64,000 bases of DNA. Source: Pseudomonadota bacterium. Its GTDB lineage: Bacteria; Pseudomonadota; Alphaproteobacteria; RF32; CAG-239. Shown here piece by piece: positions 29,249 to 38,781 of this stretch (the stretch's first letter is position 1; every line of letters begins with the position of its first letter). Both the position numbers and the translations under genes were made by a program. The notes below the pieces were generated by a model, which saw only the letters and a program-made list of their open reading frames with translations, had not been told where the DNA came from and did not search any database. The stretch covers positions 512 through 64,511 of the forward strand of contig JAHALQ010000007.1 in assembly GCA_018362935.1 (NCBI GenBank). Reading direction: 5' to 3'.

Positions 29249-30139
29249 ATGATTTATCCGAGTTTAAAATATCTCTCTGACTTTGACGTGTATCTGGTAG
29301 ATGCCTACGGCCCTTTTGTCGGCGCTTCCGGCGTTTCGCAGACGGCGATTCAGGTTATGGCCGATTTGGTCGCCGCGGGCAAAAAAGTCTGCGTTTTATC
29401 CAATGGTTCGGAACTGGCCGCAGACGCCGTGAACAGCTATCACAAGAAAGGCCTGTTGGCCGGAGTGCATTTTAACGGGTTTATGACTTCCGGGCAATTT
29501 ACCTATGAGGCGATTCAGAAGCGGGAGCTGCCGGTTTTGGGAACGAAATTCTTTGTATTTGGGACGGCTAATTTTAAAAAGCCGGAAAAGCTTCCCACGA
29601 TTTTTAAGGGGTCTGCCTATTCGGTTGTCGACAAGGTTGAAGAAGCTGATTTCGTTTACTGCGGCATTCCGCAAATCAACGGCGAAGACAGGCTGGAAAT
29701 GACCGATTTTCTGCCGGGGCTGGCGGAAATAAAAAAAGCCGGGTTGGCGCTTGTCTGCGCGAATCCCGATTTGCGCGCCAACGAAGGCGGCCGGTTTGTT
29801 GTCCGGCAAGGGCTGGTTTGCGAGACTTATGAGAAAATGGGCGGACGGGTTGTGCGTTACGGCAAGCCTGACGCGCGAATTTTTGACCGGATTTTGTCCG
29901 GGTATGACGTTGCGCGCGAACGCGTGCTGATGATCGGTGACACTCTGGGAACGGATATTCTCGGCGCCAACCGGGCGGGCATAAAATCCTGTCTGGTTTT
30001 AGACGGCGGTATGACGGAATACGCGCTCAAACAAAAAGGGCAGGCTGTTACGGAAGAAAACGTCATGGCTTTTATAAATGCCCAGAACGCGGTTCCTGAT
30101 TATATCTGCCGGCGCATGAGCGAAGCGGCGCTTTTTTAG
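29249..30139 (+). CDS. HAD-superfamily class IIA hydrolase
   Basis: DxYG motif I (YLVDAYGPF), motif II SN(G), and motif IV IGDTLGTD. Confidence 0.7.
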   Translation: MIYPSLKYLSDFDVYLVDAYGPFVGASGVSQTAIQVMADLVAAGKKVCVLSNGSELAADAVNSYHKKGLLAGVHFNGFMTSGQFTYEAIQKRELPVLGTKFFVFGTANFKKPEKLPTIFKGSAYSVVDKVEEADFVYCGIPQINGEDRLEMTDFLPGLAEIKKAGLALVCANPDLRANEGGRFVVRQGLVCETYEKMGGRVVRYGKPDARIFDRILSGYDVARERVLMIGDTLGTDILGANRAGIKSCLVLDGGMTEYALKQKGQAVTEENVMAFINAQNAVPDYICRRMSEAALF

Positions 30140-30271
30140 CTTTCGGGAAACTTTGAACAGCGCTTTTGGCAAGGGCAGTTATTGTTTTTTTAACAGTTAT
30201 GCCGGCAGAGAGCTTGTATCTTTAATTTTCAATCATATATCGCTTATATCTTTATTAACCGGCGGGGAAAA

Positions 30272-30901
30272 ATGGATTACCTAAACGTATCGCTGCGCAT
30301 GCTGATGGCTTTTATCCTGGTGCTGATATTCTTCCAGTTTTCGGGTAACAAGCGCCAGTTTTCACAAATGACCAGTTTTGATTTGGTGAGCAATTTTATT
30401 TTGAGCGCTATTTTCGGCGGTTATTTGTTTGACAGTGAAATTTCGTGGCTCGGGTTTGTGTCGGTCATTACGGTGTATTTTGTTTTGAACGGAATCATTA
30501 ATTATCTGGCGAAAAATACGGCATGGGGCAGAGGGATGATTGTGGGAACGCCGACAGTTATTATTGATGACGGAAAGATAAATATTAAAAATCTGAAAAA
30601 AGCCAATATGAATATGCTGGACTTTATGTCTTTGCTGCGGGCTAAAAAAGTTCATTCGCTCAAAGATGTGAAACTGGCGCAGATTGAAATCGGCGGCGCG
30701 CTGACCGTGCGGCTTAAAGGCGAACAAAATTATGCGATGACGCTGATTGAAAACGGCAAAATTAATCAGGAGAATCTTAAACAGGCCCGAAAATCCAAAA
30801 CCTGGCTGCTGAAAGAACTGAAAAAACGTCGGACGAAGCCCGAAGACGTCTTTTTTGCCCAATGGCAGAATGATGATCTGTATCTGGTAAAATTTCAATA
30901 A
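30272..30901 (+). CDS. DUF421/YetF-family membrane protein
   Basis: An N-terminal TM bundle and a C-terminal soluble half resemble YetF-like proteins. Confidence 0.55.
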   Translation: MDYLNVSLRMLMAFILVLIFFQFSGNKRQFSQMTSFDLVSNFILSAIFGGYLFDSEISWLGFVSVITVYFVLNGIINYLAKNTAWGRGMIVGTPTVIIDDGKINIKNLKKANMNMLDFMSLLRAKKVHSLKDVKLAQIEIGGALTVRLKGEQNYAMTLIENGKINQENLKQARKSKTWLLKELKKRRTKPEDVFFAQWQNDDLYLVKFQ

Positions 30902-30912
30902 CACAACGGCAT

Positions 30913-31803
30913 TTATGCAATGTTTTTGATAAGCTGCTTATAGTAGTCCAAAGCTGTTCTGACTTTGGGAATATCTTTTATAAAACGCTGGGAAGTCAGG
31001 TAGACAGTCGCAAAGGATGCGCATTTTAATTGATCCAGGTGCACCAGTCCGGGGCGGTTTTTGGCAAAATGCAGCGGCATAACCGCTATTCCGCAATTAT
31101 TGGCGACCAGTTCGGTTATGACAAACGCGCTGTTGGATACAAACGGTTTTCGGTCGGTGGGGAAAAATGCAGAATTACCGTTTTCGATTCTGTTCCAATT
31201 GTCCTTTTTGAGAACCAGACGGTGATTCTGAATGAGGTCTTCTTCGTTCTGGGGCGCGGGGTGCGCGGCGAGATAGCACGCGGACGCAAAGTAACCGCAG
31301 GGAATTTCGCGGGAAGCGATAATAACGATATCGTGGCCCGAAGGAATGCCGTAGCTCAGGCAGATGTCGTATCCAAGATTGACGATGTCCGGGGTGCTGT
31401 CAAATGTGTCAATAATTATATTGAGATTGGGGTAAGCGCTGTAGAATTCCTGAATTTTACGCATTTGCAGGCTGTAACGTATGTTTTTGTCATAGGCAAT
31501 GCGGATTTCGCCGCTCAATGTGTCGGTTCGGGCTATTTGTGCCGAGTATATCTGGTAGAGGCAGTTTTTCAGCTGTTCCGCAAGCAGTGCCAGTTTTATT
31601 CCGTCCGGGGTCAGCGAACAACCGCGTTCAGTGGTGGAAACCAGCTTGGCGTTGAATTCTATTTCCAGATAAGAAAGGTATTTGTTCAGAGTATCGACGG
31701 AGGTATTCAACGCCTTGGCTGTTCCGGCTTTGGAGGTATGTCTTTTTATCGAGCCGAGTATCATCAGGCCTTCCAGTATTGTTTTATCTTTTTTATTAAA
31801 CAT
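30913..31803 (-). CDS. LysR-family transcriptional regulator
   Basis: N-terminal wHTH (SKAGTAKALNTSVDTLNKYLSYLE) and a LysR substrate-binding-length C-terminus. It is divergent from adiC. Confidence 0.85.
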   Translation of the reverse strand: MFNKKDKTILEGLMILGSIKRHTSKAGTAKALNTSVDTLNKYLSYLEIEFNAKLVSTTERGCSLTPDGIKLALLAEQLKNCLYQIYSAQIARTDTLSGEIRIAYDKNIRYSLQMRKIQEFYSAYPNLNIIIDTFDSTPDIVNLGYDICLSYGIPSGHDIVIIASREIPCGYFASACYLAAHPAPQNEEDLIQNHRLVLKKDNWNRIENGNSAFFPTDRKPFVSNSAFVITELVANNCGIAVMPLHFAKNRPGLVHLDQLKCASFATVYLTSQRFIKDIPKVRTALDYYKQLIKNIA

Positions 31804-31995
31804 TGTGATTGTTCCATGTGTAAATATCTAAGGTTGTAAAAGTGTCGAAAAATCAAAAATTTACCAAAGTACAATACAAAATATTAACCGTAGTTTTTTG
31901 ACAGAACAACGATTTTCTTCCAAATATGCAACGAAAATTAATCTCGCATATTATTAATACAACTTATGGTTTATTTTGCTTGTTGTAAAGTCCGG

Positions 31996-32030
31996 AAAAT
32001 TTATATGATGACCAATAAAATATAAATTTT
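31996..32030. promoter_or_regulatory. perfect 11-bp inverted repeat in the LysR/adiC intergenic region
   Basis: AAAATTTATAT-N13-ATATAAATTTT, about 145 nt upstream of the adiC start. Confidence 0.45.
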
Positions 32031-32174
32031 TCAATCTGCCACGATGACGCAAGTTTATGTCAGCGGCGGCGTTTTAAAATGCTGCTGCTTCAGACGAGGC
32101 GTTTTTTGCGGGTGCGGACTGGAAAAGTTTTAAACAAAGCTTATCTATCTGGAAAATATCAGAGAGAGGTAACC

Positions 32175-33653
32175 ATGGATAATGACAGTAACAAAATCGG
32201 CGTGGTTCCGGCAACTTTGCTGGTCGCCGGAAATATGATGGGATCGGGCGTGTTTATGCTGCCGGCGAATCTGGCGGCTATCGGGTCAATTGCGGTGCTG
32301 GGCTGGCTGGTAACAATCGTCGGCGCCATAGCTTTGGCGCTGGTGTTTTCCAAACTGACACAAATCTATACCGCGGCGGGCGGCCCGTATGCCTATACGC
32401 GCAAAGCATTCGGCGATTATATGGGGTATCAGACCAATCTGGTCTATTGGCTGGCCAATGTTATCGGCAATGTGGCGCTGGTGGTGGCCGGTCTTGGCTA
32501 TCTGACGCCGTTTTTTCCGTCCTTGCGTGATCCGCTGGTCATGGCGCTGGGGCAGATCGGCATTATCTGGCTGCTGGTTTACGCCAATATTCTGGGGCCG
32601 AAAACTGTCGGCCGGATTCAGAGCTTTACGACCATGCTGGCTCTGGTACCGATTATCGGCGTGGCGTTGCTCGGGTGGTTCTGGTTCCATCCGCAGACCT
32701 TTATGGAGGGGTGGAACGTTTCGGGCAGCAGCGACGTTTCAGCTTTGGGGATGACGCTTAATTTTACACTGTGGGCATTTATCGGCGTTGAGAGCGCTTC
32801 GGTGTCGACAGCCGTGGTTAAAGATCCGGCCAAAAACGTGCCGATTGCGACGGTGGTCGGTGTTCTGTTGGCGGCTGCTTGCTATATTCTCAGTTCTTCG
32901 GCAATTATGGGTATTATTCCCAATAAAGAGCTGATTGTTTCAGCCGCGCCGTTTTCAGACGCCGTGACGGTTGCCTTGGGGCCCGCAGCCGGAAAAATTG
33001 TCGCTTTTTGTGCGGCGGCGGGCTGCCTCGGGTCACTCGGCGGCTGGACGCTGCTGGTCGGGCAGACGGCGCAGGCTGCGGCGAATGACGGTTTGTTCGG
33101 CAACGTGTTTGCCAAAGTCAACAACCGCTGTGTTCCGTCGGCCGGTTTGGCGATTGTGGCGGGGTTGATGACGCTTCAGGTTTTGGCGACGATGTCGCCG
33201 ACAGCTGCGGAGCAATTCGGCAAAATTGCTTCCATTGCAGTAATCATGACGCTGCTGCCGTATATTTATTCATCCGTTGCGATTAAAATTCTCGGGCGCG
33301 ACAAAATGAACCGGCACCAGCTGACTTTCTATACGATTGTCGGCCTGATTGCTGCGGTCTACTGCATGATTGCGATGATCGGTTCGGACGCGCAGCAGAC
33401 CCGGTGGGCGCTGATGTTTGTGATTTCGACAATCATTTTTTACGAAATGGCGGTCAACCGCAAGCTGGATATGCAAGAGCAAAATACCCGCCCCGGCGGC
33501 TGCGTGCCCTGCTGGGTCAGACATCTGACGCTGATTGTGACAATTGTGGCTTTGGCCGCGATGTTCTGGGTTTCGGTCGGGCGTTATGACAAAGGGGATT
33601 TGCGAACACGCGGTTCGTATCACCGGATTGTACAGGAATTACACGATAAATAA
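32175..33653 (+). CDS. adiC: arginine:agmatine antiporter (APC family)
   Basis: Near-colinear resemblance to recalled E. coli AdiC (KIGVVPATLLVAGNMMGSGVFMLPANLA..., GVESASV, CAAAGCLGSLGGWTLL). RBS is GAGAGAGG. Confidence 0.85.
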   Translation: MDNDSNKIGVVPATLLVAGNMMGSGVFMLPANLAAIGSIAVLGWLVTIVGAIALALVFSKLTQIYTAAGGPYAYTRKAFGDYMGYQTNLVYWLANVIGNVALVVAGLGYLTPFFPSLRDPLVMALGQIGIIWLLVYANILGPKTVGRIQSFTTMLALVPIIGVALLGWFWFHPQTFMEGWNVSGSSDVSALGMTLNFTLWAFIGVESASVSTAVVKDPAKNVPIATVVGVLLAAACYILSSSAIMGIIPNKELIVSAAPFSDAVTVALGPAAGKIVAFCAAAGCLGSLGGWTLLVGQTAQAAANDGLFGNVFAKVNNRCVPSAGLAIVAGLMTLQVLATMSPTAAEQFGKIASIAVIMTLLPYIYSSVAIKILGRDKMNRHQLTFYTIVGLIAAVYCMIAMIGSDAQQTRWALMFVISTIIFYEMAVNRKLDMQEQNTRPGGCVPCWVRHLTLIVTIVALAAMFWVSVGRYDKGDLRTRGSYHRIVQELHDK

Positions 33654-33661
33654 AGGAGAAA

Positions 33662-35962
33662 ATGATGACAGAGGAAAAAAATCCGCTGGGTTTTAAGGTA
33701 CTGATGATTTATGACGGGGTTGATGAAAATAACGCCAATGCCCGTAAAATTCAGGCATTGAAGAGCGACCTGGAAGAAAAAGACATACAAGTTGTTATTG
33801 CCCAGTGTTATAATGACGCGGCGGCGGTTATCCGCTCCGACCCGACAGTGGAATGCGTGCTGCTGAATTTAGATGACGATCCGGATCATCATTTCGGGCA
33901 CAGCGTACGCATGCTCAAACTTATCCGCAGCCGCAACGAAAACGTACCGGTTTTCCTGCTGGCGTGCCGGACGGTAGCGTCGGGCGTTCCGGCGGATATT
34001 CTTGACAAAGTCAATGACTTTATCTGGATTTTGGAAGATACGTCTGATTTTATCGCCGGGCGCATTGTTGCGGCCATCAGGCGGTATCGCGAGTATATTC
34101 TGCCGCCGATGTTTAAGGCTTTGGTTAATTTTTCAAAGGTGCATGAGTATTCATGGCACACGCCGGGGCATACCGGCGGCACCGCTTTTTTGAAGTCGGC
34201 GGTCGGGCGTTCGTTTTTTAATTTTTTCAAAGAACCGGTCTTCCGGTCGGATTTGTCAATTTCGGTGGGCGAGCTTGGGTCATTGCTTGACCATTCCGGC
34301 CCTATCGGCGAAAGCGAAAAATATATCAGCCGCGTTTTCGGTTCCGACCGCAGCTATACGGTAACCAACGGTTCGTCGACATCCAACCGGGTAATTTTAA
34401 TGTCGAGCGTGACCCGCAATCAGGTGGCGCTGGTTGACCGCAACTGCCATAAATCGGTGGAGCAGGGGCTGACGATGTGCGGCGCGGTGCCGTCGTATCT
34501 GATTCCTTCGCGCAACCAGTACGGCATTATCGGCCCGATTAAGCCCGAGCGTCTGACGAAGGAAGCCGTGGCGCAGAGCGTTTCGGAAAATGCCCTGGTC
34601 AAAGACGGCGTGAACAAGCAGCCGGTGCATGCGGTGGTTACCAATTCGACCTATGACGGTTTGTGCTATAATATCAACCGGGTAAAAGAACTGCTGGGCG
34701 AGAGCGTCGACCGGCTGCATTTTGACGAGGCGTGGTACGGCTATGCCCGGTTTAATCCGCTTTACTGCGAACGTTTTGCCATGTGCGGGGATATCACCGA
34801 ATATGACCGCAGCGGCCCGACGGTCTTTTCGACGCAGTCGACCCACAAACTGCTGGCGGCTTTTTCGCAGGCCTCGATGATTCATATCCGCGAGGGGCGC
34901 AAGCCGATTGACCATAAGCGTTTTAACGAATCTTTCATGATGCATGCCTCGACTTCGCCGTTTTATCCGATTATCGCGACAAATGACATCAGTGCGGCAA
35001 TGATGGACGGCCCGCAGGGGCAGGCGCTGACCGAAGACAGCATCCGGGAAGCCATCGCTTTCAGGCAGACCGTGGCGCATCTGCACGCAGAAATGAAAGA
35101 CAAAGGCGACTGGTTTTTCGATATTTGGCAGCCGGATTATGTCCTTGATGCCAAGAGCGGGCAGAAAGTGCCGTTCTATGAGGCAGAGGAAGAACAGCTG
35201 GCCAATGACCCGTCAGCCTGGTATCTGCGCCCGAATGACGAATGGCACGGTTTCGGGGATATTGAGGAAGGCTATTGCATGCTCGACCCGATAAAAGTAA
35301 CCGTCGTCACACCGGGCATGGGCAAAGATGCCGTTTTGGAAGGTTCTGGAATTCCGGCCGCGCTGCTGACTTCTTATCTGGATAACCGCGGCATTGTGGT
35401 GGAAAAAACGCAGGATTTTACGGTGCTGTTTTTGTTTTCTCTCGGTGTTACCAAGGGAAAATGGGGGACGCTGCTCAACGCTTTGTTTGCTTTTAAGAAA
35501 GATTATGACAACAATACCCCGCTGGAAAGGGTGCTGCCGAAAGTCGTTGCCGACAATCCCGAGCGTTATCTGAACATGGGGCTGAAAGATTTGGCCGACG
35601 AAATGTTTGCCAAGATGAAGGAACTGCAAATGACCAAGGCGCTGGCCGAAGGTTTTGCGGTATTGCCCAAACCGGATATGACGCCGGTTGAGGCTTATGA
35701 GCAGCTGGTATTAAATAATATTGAATCGGTGACGCTTAATGAGGCATCCGGTCGGACGGTGGCAACCGGCATTGTGCCTTACCCGCCCGGAATTCCGCTG
35801 CTGATGCCGGGTGAGAACGCCGGGGATGCCGACGGCCCGCTGCTGGGGTATTTGAAAGCTCTGGAAGCTTTCGACCGTTATTTTCCGGGCTTTGCGCATG
35901 ATACGCACGGCGTGGAACGCGATTCCGACGGCAATTATGAAATTATGTGCCTGAAGAGATAA
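33662..35962 (+). CDS. adiA: biodegradative (acid-inducible) arginine decarboxylase, Orn/Lys/Arg decarboxylase family
   Basis: 766 aa with a wing domain, a PLP region (STHKLL) and strong resemblance to recalled E. coli AdiA (DFIWILEDTSDFIAGR, HFDEAWYGYARFNP, PYPPGIP). Confidence 0.85.
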   Translation: MMTEEKNPLGFKVLMIYDGVDENNANARKIQALKSDLEEKDIQVVIAQCYNDAAAVIRSDPTVECVLLNLDDDPDHHFGHSVRMLKLIRSRNENVPVFLLACRTVASGVPADILDKVNDFIWILEDTSDFIAGRIVAAIRRYREYILPPMFKALVNFSKVHEYSWHTPGHTGGTAFLKSAVGRSFFNFFKEPVFRSDLSISVGELGSLLDHSGPIGESEKYISRVFGSDRSYTVTNGSSTSNRVILMSSVTRNQVALVDRNCHKSVEQGLTMCGAVPSYLIPSRNQYGIIGPIKPERLTKEAVAQSVSENALVKDGVNKQPVHAVVTNSTYDGLCYNINRVKELLGESVDRLHFDEAWYGYARFNPLYCERFAMCGDITEYDRSGPTVFSTQSTHKLLAAFSQASMIHIREGRKPIDHKRFNESFMMHASTSPFYPIIATNDISAAMMDGPQGQALTEDSIREAIAFRQTVAHLHAEMKDKGDWFFDIWQPDYVLDAKSGQKVPFYEAEEEQLANDPSAWYLRPNDEWHGFGDIEEGYCMLDPIKVTVVTPGMGKDAVLEGSGIPAALLTSYLDNRGIVVEKTQDFTVLFLFSLGVTKGKWGTLLNALFAFKKDYDNNTPLERVLPKVVADNPERYLNMGLKDLADEMFAKMKELQMTKALAEGFAVLPKPDMTPVEAYEQLVLNNIESVTLNEASGRTVATGIVPYPPGIPLLMPGENAGDADGPLLGYLKALEAFDRYFPGFAHDTHGVERDSDGNYEIMCLKR

Positions 35963-35965
35963 TCA

Positions 35966-35990
35966 GAAGCCCCGGTACGGGGCTTCTTTT
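35966..35990 (+). terminator. intrinsic terminator after adiA
   Basis: GAAGCCCCG-gta-CGGGGCTTC followed by TTTT. Confidence 0.88.
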
Positions 35991-36069
35991 GTATCTGCTA
36001 GACAAATTTATGTTGAATGTTAATTTTTATCCGTTTATACTTTCAGTTGCGGAAAGCCGCATATTATTA

Positions 36070-36258
36070 TGTCACACGAGGTTTTTCAGACCTGGTATTC
36101 TACATAGCCTAAAGAGTAGGTGTGAAACACTTAGGCAACTCCAATGTCATATACGGAGGAGTGCCTGAACTAAGTGTGCTTGCATAACGAATAAGGGCAA
36201 CACCAATACCGTGTCTGAAACCTCCTCCACCTTAAATCTTAAGGTGGAGTTCGTTTTC
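36070..36258 (+). ncRNA. structured RNA candidate of about 185 nt (6S-like rod with central bubble, or 5' leader/attenuator of the XRE gene)
   Basis: Long-range closing helix GAGGTTTTTCAGAC(36078-91)/GTCTGAAACCTC(36213-24). Apical helix CACTTAGGCAACTCC...GGAGGAGTGCCTGAACTAAGTG. Terminal 10-bp hairpin CTCCACCTTA-aatct-TAAGGTGGAG followed by TTCGTTTT. Confidence 0.4.
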
Positions 36259-36278
36259 CAATGATACAGGAGGTTGCC

Positions 36279-36752
36279 ATGCAGCAAACAAAACGGACTG
36301 GGACTATCTTGCATTCAAATAATTCAACCAATATTGCCCGCGGGAAAAAATCAGGCGCTCTGCCTCATCCCGCGGATATTTATGTCGGCAAACGGGTGCG
36401 GCTGATGCGAAAACTGCTCGGCATGAGTCAGGCAGAGCTGGGCGCATTGTTGGGTGTCACTTTTCAACAGATACAAAAATACGAGCACGGCGCCAACCGC
36501 ATCAGCGCGGGACGGCTTTATGACTTGAGCCGGGTAATGCGGGTGCCGGTCGGTTTCTTTTTTGAAAATATGAATAACGGAAGTTTATCGTGCGAGGATG
36601 CTTCGGCTGATTGGCAAACCGGAGCGGGAGCGGATAATCTGCTTTATGACAATGAATATCTGGGGATATTTTCGGCTTATCGCAAGCTCAAAAATCCGGA
36701 ACTGCGGCAGTGTCTGCGGCGTTTGATTGTTTTGCTCGGGTGCGGCAATTGA
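36279..36752 (+). CDS. XRE-family transcriptional regulator
   Basis: HTH segment LGMSQAELGALLGVTFQQIQKYEHGANRIS. AGGAGG lies 7 nt before ATG 36279. Confidence 0.8.
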   Translation: MQQTKRTGTILHSNNSTNIARGKKSGALPHPADIYVGKRVRLMRKLLGMSQAELGALLGVTFQQIQKYEHGANRISAGRLYDLSRVMRVPVGFFFENMNNGSLSCEDASADWQTGAGADNLLYDNEYLGIFSAYRKLKNPELRQCLRRLIVLLGCGN

Positions 36753-36866
36753 AACATTTTGAAACTTAATGTTTTAATAAGTTATTGTTTTATTAATATT
36801 TTCTGAATAGACTGTTAGCGTTAATAGTTACCAAACATATTAGCACAACTTTTAAGGAGAAACTTT

Positions 36867-37664
36867 ATGAACTATAGAACTATCCTCTTGGCTTCCGCCG
36901 CAGTCATGTTTGCCGGTTCGGCTGTGGCTGCTGATTTGACCAATCCCTTTTATTTGCCGGGACAGGGCAAACTGACTTCCGATACCAAAATCGATTACCG
37001 TCGTACCGAATTTGACCATTCTGACGCCAAACTTGATGCATGGCGCGCGACAGAAGAGGTTGCTTACGGCGTAACCGATAATTTTGCCGTCATCGGCACG
37101 CTTGGCAATGATTTTGACACCGAAGGCGCTTATAACAACGACCATAACTTTGATTATAAACTCGGTGCGGCTTATAACTTCAGCAAGGATAATGTTCTGG
37201 CTCAGGTAAAAGCTTCTTATTATACATTCAATCCCAAGGATTATCTCGGCCACAGGGGTGTTGATGCCCGTTGGCAGAAATACATCAACGGCGAGGTTAA
37301 ACTCGGTTATGATATGGGTGAAGGTCTGACCCCCTATGTTTCTTATGGTTTTGAAGGCCAGGTCGATCAGGCTGACCGCGCGTTTTATCAGACCGCTTTT
37401 GCCGGTGTCCACAAATTTGCGGGCAACTGGGCAGTTGACGGCGGCCTGCGTTATGACTTCTATACCGACGGCAAAAACGCCAATGCGCTTTATGCCCAGG
37501 CCGAAGTCGATTATTATCCGTATGAAAAGTTAGCTCTCGGCGTTTACGGCGATTATTATCTGGCCGGAAACGAAGCTGACGTCAGACCGCTGAGCTATGC
37601 CGGCGACTTGAAAAAACTGGATACGGATTACACCGTCGGCGTCAGAGCCAAAGTTGAATTCTAA
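36867..37664 (+). CDS. outer-membrane beta-barrel protein
   Basis: Signal peptide ending AVA-AD, alternating beta-strand pattern, and a C-terminal ...VRAKVEF. Confidence 0.7.
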   Translation: MNYRTILLASAAVMFAGSAVAADLTNPFYLPGQGKLTSDTKIDYRRTEFDHSDAKLDAWRATEEVAYGVTDNFAVIGTLGNDFDTEGAYNNDHNFDYKLGAAYNFSKDNVLAQVKASYYTFNPKDYLGHRGVDARWQKYINGEVKLGYDMGEGLTPYVSYGFEGQVDQADRAFYQTAFAGVHKFAGNWAVDGGLRYDFYTDGKNANALYAQAEVDYYPYEKLALGVYGDYYLAGNEADVRPLSYAGDLKKLDTDYTVGVRAKVEF

Positions 37665-37681
37665 TTCAGGTTCGATTTAAT

Positions 37682-37711
37682 AAAAGGCTTCCCATAAGGG
37701 AAGCCTTTTTT
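37682..37711. terminator. bidirectional intrinsic terminator
   Basis: AAAA-GGCTTCCC-ataa-GGGAAGCC-TTTTTT. Confidence 0.85.
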
Positions 37712-37727
37712 AGCGGCACCTGCTTTT

Positions 37728-38747
37728 TTATTTTAAGTATTCCTGAAAAAAACGTGTTATTTTGTCAAACGGGATAACATCAATTTTATCGTACAAATCT
37801 GTATGATTAGCGTTGGGAATAATCATGAGTTCTTTATTATCGCCGGTCAATTTTGTATAAGCGTCTTCGCTGAAATAGCGGCTGTGGGCATTTTCGCCGT
37901 GCAGCATCAAGACGGCGCTTTTGATTTCGTCGCTGTATGCCAGAATCGGCATATTGATAAACGATAAGGATGATGTCATATTCCAGCCGGTGTTTGAGTT
38001 TTTGGAATGTTTATGATATCCGCGGGGCGTTTTGTAATAATCGTAGTAGTCTTTGACAAATTGTGGCTCGTTTCCTGCCAGCTTGTCGGGAAGCCCGGCT
38101 TCGGCGGCATAGGTTCCCGATTTGAAGTCTTCGGTGCGCTGGGCATTGAGTTTTTCTTTGAGCTTATAACGGTCTTCTTTGCTCATGGCATCGAAATAGC
38201 CGTTGGCATTTACTCTGCTCATGTCATACATGGTCGAAGTAACAACCGCTTTGATTCTGGTATCCATTGCGGCAGCATTTAGGGCAAAGCCGCCAAAACC
38301 GCAGATGCCGATAATGCCGATTTTGTCAGCGTCAACATTGTTTTGAACGCTTAAAAAGTCAACGGCGGCAGAGAAGTCCTCGGTGTTGATGTCAGGAGAT
38401 GCCACAAGGCGGGGTTTGCCGCCGCTTTCTCCGGTGTAAGAAGGGTCAAAAGCCAAAGTTATAAAACCGCGTTCGGCCATGGTTTGGGCATAAAGTCCGG
38501 AAGATTGTTCCTTAACTGCGCCAAACGGGCCGGATACGGCCAGTGCCGGAAGTTTTTCGGCGGTTTTGTTTTTGGGTGTATATAAGTCGCCGACAAGTTT
38601 TATGCCGTAACGATTGTTAAAACTGACCTTACGCACATCGACTTTATTGCTTTTTTTGAATGTTTTGTCCCATGAACAGCAGGATGTATATGTCCATATT
38701 GCGGCAGCCGCGCCCGTGATAATTAGCAATGACAATAGAATTTTCAT
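37728..38747 (-). CDS. membrane-anchored/secreted alpha/beta hydrolase
   Basis: GxCxG nucleophile elbow (GICGFGG), a dienelactone-hydrolase/X-Pro-peptidase-like layout, and a start at MKILLS after GGAGAAAAAC. Confidence 0.65.
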   Translation of the reverse strand: MKILLSLLIITGAAAAIWTYTSCCSWDKTFKKSNKVDVRKVSFNNRYGIKLVGDLYTPKNKTAEKLPALAVSGPFGAVKEQSSGLYAQTMAERGFITLAFDPSYTGESGGKPRLVASPDINTEDFSAAVDFLSVQNNVDADKIGIIGICGFGGFALNAAAMDTRIKAVVTSTMYDMSRVNANGYFDAMSKEDRYKLKEKLNAQRTEDFKSGTYAAEAGLPDKLAGNEPQFVKDYYDYYKTPRGYHKHSKNSNTGWNMTSSLSFINMPILAYSDEIKSAVLMLHGENAHSRYFSEDAYTKLTGDNKELMIIPNANHTDLYDKIDVIPFDKITRFFQEYLK

Positions 38748-38781
38748 GTTTTTCTCCTCTTTGTAAATGAAAATATAATAT

